Of a DNA stretch of 60,694 nucleotides, positions 15,110-23,022 are shown in pieces (the first letter of the stretch is position 1; every line of letters begins with the position of its first letter). The DNA comes from a virus. The notes under the pieces were generated by a model. It was not told the origin of the DNA, did no database searches, and worked only from the letters and a program-made list of their open reading frames with translations. Location of the stretch: positions 1-60,694 of IMG/VR virus record IMGVR_UViG_3300026774_000001; one strand, given 5' to 3'. The translations under genes and the position numbers were made by a program.

Positions 15110-16952
15110 CATGACCGAGAACGTAGAGAACAAACCGAATGCGCTCGCGCGCACGGCGCGCACCTCGTGGGGTTACACCCTGCGGGGTGCGCGCGCGCTC
15201 GCCGAAGATGCGCGCGCATGGACGCGCGCGGAAGGAATCGAAGCGCACATTCGGGAAAAGGATGCGCGCGCAATCGAATCGCAGCACCAACGAGCGATGC
15301 GCGCGCATGCGCGCAACGCGAAACGCAGAGGTGCGCGCGCGATTCCTCCGGTGCGCGCGCATGCGTTCACCGACCTCGAAGTGAATGCGCGCGCATTCGG
15401 AACGCGCGCATTCCGATGCGCGCTCACTCTTGCCGCACCGGCGTGCGCGCTCATCGCTCCGCCATGGATGTGCGTTGAAGGCAACCCCGGCGCGCTCCTC
15501 GCGTGGCCCGCTGCGTACGCATACCTGGCGTGGCTTGGCTGGACGAACCGCGAAGATTCGGAGCTGTCTGAGGTTATCTCGGTGACCACGCTGCCGCAGG
15601 CACCTACCGAAGAGAAGACGCGTCTGTTCTCTCGGAACCGCGTCGAGACGGGACTCAAGCCCAACGCACAGGAGTCGGCGATCATCAACCGGATTCACAC
15701 TTGGGAGGTGAACGCAGCGGATCGCAAGCTGCATGAGGTGTTCCCCGGCTCGCCGATCATCGATGAGTCCGGCATACTCATCCCAATGGAGTTCGCAGGG
15801 CTGTGGACGCCCGCGAAGCTCGATAACCAGGTGGACCAACTGCGAGCACTGCTCGCGGTTCCCGATGAGGTCAAGACGCAAGTCAAGCCTGGCGGTACCG
15901 CTGACCGTGCGGTCCTGCGTATTCGCACGCGAGTGCGGGACTTGGACCTCACCTGGTCACCGGAGCGCAAAGGGCTCGGCCTCAATGCCGACACGGGCGA
16001 AGTCGTCAGTGTCGACGTGACCGACCGCCTCAGCGTCGCGGGCATGTCGGGAGCGGGCAAGTCCGTTGCGCTGCGCGTACTCATGGCGGAAGCGCTCGGG
16101 CTGCCAAACACCGCGCTGGTCATCATTGACCTTAAGGTGGAAGGTGCGCTCTGGGCGCATGTCGCGCGCGTCGAGTCCGAGGCAGACGGTATCCAGTCGG
16201 TCATTGACGACCTGGTGACCGAGATGAAGGAGCGCGAGGCGATCATGCGAACCGAAAGCCTGGACACTTGGGAGCCAACGCCTGAGCGTCCGCGCATCGT
16301 CGTTGTCGTTGACGAAGGGGCTGAGCTGATGTCCGAGGTCCCCGACTCCGTGACCGGCCTGCGTTCGATCGCGCGTCGTGCAAGGTCGGCAGAGATCCCG
16401 CTGTGGTGGGCCACGCAGAAGCCCACCGTGACCGGACCGGGCAAGGGACTCGACTCCGCGATTTCGGCTCAGCTCACCTCACAAGTGTGCATGGCCGTGT
16501 CCAGCCCGACCGAGGCGCGCAACGTCCTCGGAGAGGATGCCACCGCTAAGGGATGGCACGCGGAAGACCTGCTTAAGGGCGGGTGGTCGCTCGTGCGCGT
16601 GCAGGGTGAGGACCGAACCCCGGACCCTACCCGCGTGTGGCACATGACAAAGGAGGACGTGAAGGCTATCGCCCCGCGTTCCCCGTGGCGTCGGGCGAAG
16701 ACGCTGGCCCCCGTGGTCGATGCGAAAGACGCTCTGGTGGTCGCGTTGGACCTGTCCGAGGGATTGCAGGGTGTGTCTACGGTCCGTATCGGCGTTGCTC
16801 TCGGCGTCTCTGACGCTGAGGTGCACGTGCGTATGCGCGTGCACGGTGTCGATCCGGAACCCAACGCCTTCGCGATGGGCAACGGGGAGAAGGCCCGTGG
16901 ATACCGCAGAGATAAGCTTGAAGCAGCGTTCAACAGGAGGAATGACCGATGA
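15102..16952 (+). CDS. FtsK/SpoIIIE/TraB-like DNA translocase (616 aa)
   Basis: Walker A GMSGAGKS, Walker B IVVVVDEGAEL, two N-terminal TM helices, basic ARA-rich N-terminus, possible C-terminal wHTH; start GTG 15102 or ATG 15111. Confidence 0.85.
   Translation: MPDMTENVENKPNALARTARTSWGYTLRGARALAEDARAWTRAEGIEAHIREKDARAIESQHQRAMRAHARNAKRRGARAIPPVRAHAFTDLEVNARAFGTRAFRCALTLAAPACALIAPPWMCVEGNPGALLAWPAAYAYLAWLGWTNREDSELSEVISVTTLPQAPTEEKTRLFSRNRVETGLKPNAQESAIINRIHTWEVNAADRKLHEVFPGSPIIDESGILIPMEFAGLWTPAKLDNQVDQLRALLAVPDEVKTQVKPGGTADRAVLRIRTRVRDLDLTWSPERKGLGLNADTGEVVSVDVTDRLSVAGMSGAGKSVALRVLMAEALGLPNTALVIIDLKVEGALWAHVARVESEADGIQSVIDDLVTEMKEREAIMRTESLDTWEPTPERPRIVVVVDEGAELMSEVPDSVTGLRSIARRARSAEIPLWWATQKPTVTGPGKGLDSAISAQLTSQVCMAVSSPTEARNVLGEDATAKGWHAEDLLKGGWSLVRVQGEDRTPDPTRVWHMTKEDVKAIAPRSPWRRAKTLAPVVDAKDALVVALDLSEGLQGVSTVRIGVALGVSDAEVHVRMRVHGVDPEPNAFAMGNGEKARGYRRDKLEAAFNRRNDR
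15140..15455. repeat. array 2 of alternating-GC palindromes (ATGCGCGCGCAT family)
   Basis: About 10 copies: 15188, 15208-15219 ATGCGCGCGCAT, 15222, 15262, 15297-15308 ATGCGCGCGCAT, 15332, 15351, 15383-15398 GAATGCGCGCGCATTC (16-bp perfect palindrome), 15403. Confidence 0.85.
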
Positions 16953-17185
16953 AACTCGACTGGGAGAAAGATCCTGAGAACTCTAATAGGTACAACGCGG
17001 AAAGTTTCCGCTACCGGTTCATCCTGCTGACGACAACGGGCGGGAAGGCGCACCTATGGGTGCAGTCCGTTGACGACAAGTGGGGGACCAAGGCCATTGA
17101 CACGTGTTCGTGCCGCTCTGTCCGACATGCGGAAACGATGGCGCAACGATTCGAGAATGCACGACAGGCGAAAAAGCTCAGGTGA
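16949..17185 (+). CDS. hypothetical protein (78 aa)
   Basis: ORF track; ATGA overlap with translocase stop. Confidence 0.65.
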   Translation: MKLDWEKDPENSNRYNAESFRYRFILLTTTGGKAHLWVQSVDDKWGTKAIDTCSCRSVRHAETMAQRFENARQAKKLR

Positions 17186-17188
17186 CAG

Positions 17189-17215
17189 CCGGACCCTGCT
17201 TGCGGGGTCCGGTTT
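17189..17215 (+). terminator. intrinsic terminator ccggaccc / gggtccgg + TTT
   Basis: 8-bp stem then tttcc. Confidence 0.6.
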
Positions 17216-17220
17216 CCTGC

Positions 17221-17229
17221 TGTTACGCT
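17221..17229 (+). promoter_or_regulatory. extended -10 box TGtTACGCT
   Basis: Directly after terminator, upstream of ATG 17263. Confidence 0.4.
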
Positions 17230-17262
17230 TAGCGATCAGTACAAAGACGAGAGGACATCACG

Positions 17263-17529
17263 ATGACCAACTACGGACCCTACAGCCAGTACCAAATGCC
17301 CGAGCTGCCACGCAATGCGCCGCAACGGGCCCCGAAGTACCCTGAACCCCCGCGACACCGTAAAACCTCAAACTGGATTCACGGTATCCTCACGATCCTT
17401 ACTGGAGGACTCTGGGGCATCGTGTGGGTTACCGCGGCGATCTCCGCAGGATCCGCTAACGCAGCGGACCGTGCTCGGTACCAGCGCGAGGTGCGGAACT
17501 GGCACGCCTATGAACGACAGATTCGATGA
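17263..17529 (+). CDS. membrane protein (88 aa)
   Basis: ORF track; SD gagagga; central TM helices. Confidence 0.65.
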   Translation: MTNYGPYSQYQMPELPRNAPQRAPKYPEPPRHRKTSNWIHGILTILTGGLWGIVWVTAAISAGSANAADRARYQREVRNWHAYERQIR

Positions 17530-17786
17530 ACTGGTATCGGTTCAAAACTGAACTATCAGCGTGGATGTCCAAGACCGTGCTATGCGTCTTGACAACCATG
17601 CTTGCAATCAGCACGCTCTTCGAGCCAGCAGGATCTATCAAGGGGTATCCGCTGTCGTGGCGCGTTGTCGCGGAAAACGAGTGGATGTTCCCTGTCGGCA
17701 TGACAATCGGCGTACTTGTGCTGTGGGTGTGCTACTGGCAGACGTTTCGAATCCTCCGCGCTGATAAGCGTTACGGAGACAGGTAA
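17526..17786 (+). CDS. membrane protein (86 aa)
   Basis: ORF track; ATGA overlap. Confidence 0.65.
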   Translation: MNWYRFKTELSAWMSKTVLCVLTTMLAISTLFEPAGSIKGYPLSWRVVAENEWMFPVGMTIGVLVLWVCYWQTFRILRADKRYGDR

Positions 17787-17798
17787 CGAGGAGACAAG

Positions 17799-18227
17799 TT
17801 GACACAGCACGGTGACAGGCTGTCAGGGGCTCCCAGCGAAAGCAGGGGGCCCCGGCCCGACTGGAGAACAAAGGCCGCATGTCGAGGTTATGCGGCGATT
17901 ATCGACCCATGGGATGCCGATCCAAAAGACGGGGTTGTCAGTGACACAGCAGCCGCGTTCTGCAAGCAATGCCCGGTCCGACGCGAATGCCTGCTTGAAG
18001 GACTACGCAGTGATCTGATGAACGGAGGTTTCGCATACGGCGTGTGGGGAGGTCTCTCCCCTAAAGAACGTCGCGCGCTGATCCGGCTCCGGTATCGAGT
18101 TGCCTGCCCGGTATGCAGGGGGCAACTCATCATCACATCCGAAGGCGAGAAATGGCAAGCGTGCGCATCGTGCGGTATCACCTGGCAGTGCCGCAAACGC
18201 AAGCCTGCGGCACTACCAGAGGGCTAA
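17799..18227 (+). CDS. WhiB-family regulator fused to a C-terminal zinc ribbon (142 aa)
   Basis: C-X-CKQCPVRREC WhiB Fe-S motif, GVWGG turn, then CPVC...CASC ribbon; TTG start with SD gaggag. Confidence 0.85.
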   Translation: MTQHGDRLSGAPSESRGPRPDWRTKAACRGYAAIIDPWDADPKDGVVSDTAAAFCKQCPVRRECLLEGLRSDLMNGGFAYGVWGGLSPKERRALIRLRYRVACPVCRGQLIITSEGEKWQACASCGITWQCRKRKPAALPEG

Positions 18228-18727
18228 GGACGGTAGGTCGCGGTGTAGCTGACGGGGATACTCGTCCATGTCCCCGCCGACCCTTGCGTCTGGAATACGA
18301 ACATACTGAATCCCGTAGTCGAGATGTTGATAGCCCTGGAGCACCACAGCGCCGTTGCGCCCGCACCGGAATCGATGTTGGTCAACACTCGCGGTGCGGC
18401 AGGGAAAGTGAACCCGAACGACACGGAAGACGTGTTGGAGGAAACGGACGTGAAAGTCACGTTGGTAGTGCCGGTACGTGTCCAGTTGGTCAGGTTGGTG
18501 ATGCTGGTTTGCCCGGCAGCGATATCGACACCGAGATCAGTGATCTCCCCATTGATATCGGCGATATCATCCGTGAGCCCGTCAATCTGGCCCGACAGTG
18601 TGTTCAGCGCACCGTCCACCTGAACCGCGAGGATGGGAGAGACATTCCCAGGACCGCCGGTCAGCGTGATACCGGGTAGTGACGATGGGGACTCGTATTC
18701 TAGACCCCAGTTGGTAGTTGAAGGCAC
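18224..18727 (-). CDS. minor tail / tail fibre protein (167 aa)
   Basis: Last gene of leftward structural block; N-terminal PGITLTG..PILA motif shared with 18739..19566. Confidence 0.6.
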   Translation of the reverse strand: MPSTTNWGLEYESPSSLPGITLTGGPGNVSPILAVQVDGALNTLSGQIDGLTDDIADINGEITDLGVDIAAGQTSITNLTNWTRTGTTNVTFTSVSSNTSSVSFGFTFPAAPRVLTNIDSGAGATALWCSRAINISTTGFSMFVFQTQGSAGTWTSIPVSYTATYRP

Positions 18728-18738
18728 TGTGAATCCCC

Positions 18739-19566
18739 TTAGATGTATACCCGAATAATGGCAAGGCCGCCGGATCCGCTACCCCCGGTCCGGATGTCCG
18801 GAGTCGAAGCGTCCGCCATCGCGCCTGAGCCGCCAGCGCCGTAGTTGCGCGCAGCGTTGCCGTTCGCGGCGGCTGTTGACGCCGCAGCGTTTCTACTACC
18901 ACCGCTGAAGAACGAGCTTCCGCCCATGGGCGACTCGGTTGCGATCGCAATCGACTCGCTTCGCCCGTTGCTGCCGTCACCGCCAGGAATGATAAGGTCG
19001 CCCGAACCGGTCGTAGCGCCCGCGCCACCTGCCGCACCGTTCTGCCCACCTGTCGTATTGGTAGTGCCCCCGGCTCCACCGTTGCCGCTGACAAGCGATC
19101 CGAACGAAGTCGTAGTGCCAGACGAACCGCTGACGCCAGCGCCGCCCGCGCCACCTGTTCCTACGGTCACGTTGACCGATGACCCGATAGCCGCACTGAG
19201 TAGGAAACTTTCCGCGAAGCATCCGCCGCCGCCGCCGCCGCCCAGAGAGATCTGCGCAGCAGACGTGATCGTCGAGCCGCCGCCACCGCCGCCCGCGCCA
19301 ACGAGCTGTACGTGCGCAGCCTTGAAACCGTTGTACGACGCTTTGGTGAAGGCCGTGACGCTGCCCGGAGTGGAGTAGTACAGGGTCGTCAAGAGGCGGA
19401 AGCCGGTCGTCTCGATAGCGGTAAGCCGGGCTTCGAACGAGGCAAGCACTGATTCGACCACTTCGGCGAGGATCGGGTGGGACCCATCCGAGTCCCCGGT
19501 AAGCGTGATCCCCGGTTTGGATTGCGGTGTCTCGAACGGCAGTGAGTAAATCGGTGTCTCTGGCAT
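18739..19566 (-). CDS. glycine-rich minor tail protein (275 aa)
   Basis: GAGGGGGGS, GGGGGGG runs; shared N-terminal motif. Confidence 0.65.
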   Translation of the reverse strand: MPETPIYSLPFETPQSKPGITLTGDSDGSHPILAEVVESVLASFEARLTAIETTGFRLLTTLYYSTPGSVTAFTKASYNGFKAAHVQLVGAGGGGGGSTITSAAQISLGGGGGGGCFAESFLLSAAIGSSVNVTVGTGGAGGAGVSGSSGTTTSFGSLVSGNGGAGGTTNTTGGQNGAAGGAGATTGSGDLIIPGGDGSNGRSESIAIATESPMGGSSFFSGGSRNAAASTAAANGNAARNYGAGGSGAMADASTPDIRTGGSGSGGLAIIRVYI

Positions 19567-20678
19567 TACTCAATCCCCACAAAGATGACGGTGGATTCGC
19601 GTGTAGCGATCTTGATCGGGCTATTGACATTGAAGGGGATAGTGACACGCGCCACCACGTGCAACTCGCGGTTGCCATCGTTGTAGACCACGCGTATGAC
19701 ATCGAAGGGGCGAACCGCTGGGTTGGGAATCGCAGACAAGCCTACGTCATATGGAGCGCCCAGCGATTGACGTAGCAGGTTGCGAGCCGCGTTCTGTGCC
19801 TGCTGCTCGGTCGTGATGAACGTCGAAGAGTAGAAACGAGGCACGCGACCAAACGGGCCATCGAAGAATGTCGGGCTGGACTGCTGGGCATCGAACGCCA
19901 CAGCCCGAACCGGAGGCAGATCGTCTGCCCCCTCGCCGGTCACCACCACTACGTTGTAGATGCCGTCACGGGAGATGGAACGATCAGACTGAACCATAGC
20001 GCCATCTGGGCCAGCTTTCACCGACCAGATAGGGTCGCCCTCTTCGGGAACGGTTTGAAACACAAGCTGCCCGAGTTCATCCCAGTAGACGATTTTGCCT
20101 AGACCCTCTGCCAGCGTCAGCAGCACCTCGTAACGAGACTCCTCAACGATGAGGGAGCGCCCGAGAGTGGAGAGGTCGGAGTCGTCATCGAACACGATCA
20201 CAGCGTCATCGTAGATGGTGAGCACAGTGTCTTCCACGACCTCGCGCACCGTGGTGCCAGCAACCCATTGCCGCGGCTGCAAGAATCGAGAATCGATGAT
20301 CGTAGCCATCCGGTCATCCAGGGACAGTTTCAACGGCCCCTTGGCGGCGTCATTCTGGGTTACCTCTGAGATGCGGAAGTACCCCATGGGAGCCCACAAC
20401 ACGCCGTTGGCCCCTCGGTCGACGCCGCGGAACAACGCCACCTCGGATCCGAACGGCGCAAGAGACAAGTTCTGCGAGGTAGGCCATCCGCCTACGATTT
20501 CGATGGAACCGGAAGCGCGCACGTCTGCGGTGGAATTGAACTCAATCGACCCGTCACGGACCTGCAATTCAGTGCCCGTAGGGTCATCACCGGTCTGGAA
20601 TCCGTCAACGGCCACACAACGGAACCGGGCCATATGAGACCCTGAGATGACGGAAGCGAAGTCAGCGGCGGTGACCAT
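19566..20678 (-). CDS. minor tail protein (370 aa)
   Basis: ORF track; position downstream of tape measure; 1-nt start/stop overlaps. Confidence 0.6.
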   Translation of the reverse strand: MVTAADFASVISGSHMARFRCVAVDGFQTGDDPTGTELQVRDGSIEFNSTADVRASGSIEIVGGWPTSQNLSLAPFGSEVALFRGVDRGANGVLWAPMGYFRISEVTQNDAAKGPLKLSLDDRMATIIDSRFLQPRQWVAGTTVREVVEDTVLTIYDDAVIVFDDDSDLSTLGRSLIVEESRYEVLLTLAEGLGKIVYWDELGQLVFQTVPEEGDPIWSVKAGPDGAMVQSDRSISRDGIYNVVVVTGEGADDLPPVRAVAFDAQQSSPTFFDGPFGRVPRFYSSTFITTEQQAQNAARNLLRQSLGAPYDVGLSAIPNPAVRPFDVIRVVYNDGNRELHVVARVTIPFNVNSPIKIATRESTVIFVGIE

Positions 20679-21571
20679 TACGACTGCCTTCCGTAGAATC
20701 TACTGACACCGAAGCTGGAGAATCCACCCGTGGTATTGCGTGCGTACAGCGTGAAGGTCCCCAGGTCACCCGGCTTGGCGACGCCGCCCCACCCGGGCAC
20801 GTCGAAAGTGACCGTGGCCGCGCCGGAGCCCGACCCGACCACGATCTCTCCCGATCCTCCGATGTCACAGCGCACTTCCCACTCGGTAGTACCGGTCGCG
20901 AGCACCGAAAAGCCGATCACCACCTTGGGGTGATAGACAGGGTTGATGCCGCGCAGGACGGGCACGAACACCGCTGAGTTGGTCCCTGGCAGCGCTGAGG
21001 TGCCGTTATTGTTGGCGTCGGTGGTAGGCCCGATGAAGTAGGGAATCCAGGGCCGTGCAAGGCCCACCCCGGTCAGAGAGTCGTTTTCGAATATGAGGTT
21101 GCCTTGGGGGTCCAAGAGTGCGATGTCGTTCATATTCGAGATAACGAGCGCTCGCGATTCCTCCTCATCGCCGTAGTACAGGATGATGAGAGGGTCGCCG
21201 TCGATCTCTTTGCCGAAGAACGCAAGCGGGTATTCCTGCTCGGTGACGAACCGGAACAGCTTCGCGGTGACGTTCAGGTCTGCCACGAATTCACCGGGAT
21301 TCGTGAGCTTGCCCAGAATCCACCAGGTGCCTACGCCGCGCGAATTCTCGGGAGCCCACCCCAGCATCCCCACCACGTCACCTTGCCGCAGCGTCAGCGC
21401 GTTCACGCCTTCGATAATCGGAACATCGGTAAGCGTGATGCCGCGCCACTCGATTTGGTTGTGCAGGGTCTCGTTGTCCCACGTCAGGATGGTTCCCTGA
21501 GAGAACTGCACGCCCTTGGAAGGTGCGGGGGTCAAGAGCGCTGCAAGGTCATTGTTGGCGCGGTCGGTCAT
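20678..21571 (-). CDS. minor tail protein (297 aa)
   Basis: ORF track; synteny. Confidence 0.6.
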   Translation of the reverse strand: MTDRANNDLAALLTPAPSKGVQFSQGTILTWDNETLHNQIEWRGITLTDVPIIEGVNALTLRQGDVVGMLGWAPENSRGVGTWWILGKLTNPGEFVADLNVTAKLFRFVTEQEYPLAFFGKEIDGDPLIILYYGDEEESRALVISNMNDIALLDPQGNLIFENDSLTGVGLARPWIPYFIGPTTDANNNGTSALPGTNSAVFVPVLRGINPVYHPKVVIGFSVLATGTTEWEVRCDIGGSGEIVVGSGSGAATVTFDVPGWGGVAKPGDLGTFTLYARNTTGGFSSFGVSRFYGRQS

Positions 21572-21582
21572 GATGTCACCTG

Positions 21583-23022
21583 TCAGAAATCGTCAATATT
21601 GCCCTGAGTGAGCCACAGCTCTTGCCAGGTATCCCACTGTTCCCACACATCTTCCCAGGTGCCCCCGTCGCCGATCAGCGCCCAGAGCATCTGCCAAGTG
21701 ATGGTGGTCGGCAGGATATCGGCCGTGTCCATGGCTGCTACTTGGGTAAACGATACCTGCCAGACCCACAGCGGTTGACCGCGCATCGAGTGCGGGCGTA
21801 CGGAAGTGGTGGGAACCACGTAGCCGTCAGGGATACCCTCATATGTGGTCGGGCAGTCCTCGTCGACATCCCCGGGCGGCTGCAACAGCAGGACACCCCC
21901 GTAGGTCAAGAGGGCGAGAACCGAGCGGTTCGCCGCCGCCGACCGGGTCACGAATGTGAGGCCGAACGATCCGGATGAACCGACATCAGTGATTGCCAGG
22001 ATTTCGTGTCGGCCCTTGATGTCATAGAGGCCCACACGGGAGTCATAGGTGAGCGCATCCCAGTCGGTGCACTCAATCTCCCAGTTGAACAGAGGGTAAG
22101 CTACCGACTTCAACCATACTTCGGTCTGCACCGGGATAATAGAGGTTGACGCCGCAACGGCATCAGGGATGGCGCGGACCTCGATTGGGCCATACCACTG
22201 CTCGTAGGCCGCTCCCGATGCTTTACGGGCGCGAATGTACAGGCCCGAACCTGCCGCTAGATCAGTATCCGTGGCAAATAGCTGCCAGTCCCGCGGCTCA
22301 TCAGCTCCCGTGGGCCAAGCCTTGCACATGAGCGATGACCCGAACACGCGGAACATGGCGTACCACGGGATGTTGGCAGTCCACTCCCCGACGCGCAGCG
22401 TACTCGTCAATCCGGTGAAGACGCCCGCAACACGCTTGGCGAGCTGAATGCGCACGTCACGGCTGTCCGCTTCGCTTTCGAACAGCAATTGGCATTCATA
22501 GTAGTTGTTCTGGTCCGCAGATCGCAGTCCAATGTTGTAGTTGGTCTGGACGTCGAGTGCGGGGTCGGGCTGCACTGCTGACCACGTGGCCACGGCGTCA
22601 ACGGCACTGGCGTCCGTCGCTGCCCGCTGTTCGATGATGTTGCCCGAAGGCGTGAGGTCTTCGATGATGCCCACGCCGTTGTCAACGCGGGCGGTTGCGC
22701 CAGCGTCCGTCGCATGGTTGACGTAGCTCTGGCCCGTATCGGCCGTACCCCACGTGGCGGCGCTGACCGTCGTTCGGTTGAACGAGTCGTAGAACACCGG
22801 AGCAATGAGCCGGTAGTGGTTGGCCACGTTCGGGATGTACTCATAGTCGTCGACCACCGTCACACCGGTCGTGGCGACGTTCCCGCCACCGCGCACGTCG
22901 ACCCAATCCGGATCGGCATCGGTGGAGCGCTGCAAGATGTAGCTGACATTCGCTACCAAGTCGCCCGCTGTCAACCGCACGCGACCGAGGTCATTCAGGT
23001 ATTCAGCGCTGAGTGTAACCAT
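21583..23022 (-). CDS. minor tail protein (479 aa; distal-tail position)
   Basis: First gene after tape measure. Confidence 0.6.
   Translation of the reverse strand: MVTLSAEYLNDLGRVRLTAGDLVANVSYILQRSTDADPDWVDVRGGGNVATTGVTVVDDYEYIPNVANHYRLIAPVFYDSFNRTTVSAATWGTADTGQSYVNHATDAGATARVDNGVGIIEDLTPSGNIIEQRAATDASAVDAVATWSAVQPDPALDVQTNYNIGLRSADQNNYYECQLLFESEADSRDVRIQLAKRVAGVFTGLTSTLRVGEWTANIPWYAMFRVFGSSLMCKAWPTGADEPRDWQLFATDTDLAAGSGLYIRARKASGAAYEQWYGPIEVRAIPDAVAASTSIIPVQTEVWLKSVAYPLFNWEIECTDWDALTYDSRVGLYDIKGRHEILAITDVGSSGSFGLTFVTRSAAANRSVLALLTYGGVLLLQPPGDVDEDCPTTYEGIPDGYVVPTTSVRPHSMRGQPLWVWQVSFTQVAAMDTADILPTTITWQMLWALIGDGGTWEDVWEQWDTWQELWLTQGNIDDF

Noticed and set aside
13240-15455. Possibility that the GC-palindrome or GGCACACC arrays are a CRISPR array
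   Set aside because: The repeat units are only 8-16 bp and irregularly spaced. Most lie inside coding sequence, and there are no uniform spacers or cas genes. The Cas4-like nuclease at 7964 is the common phage recombination type.
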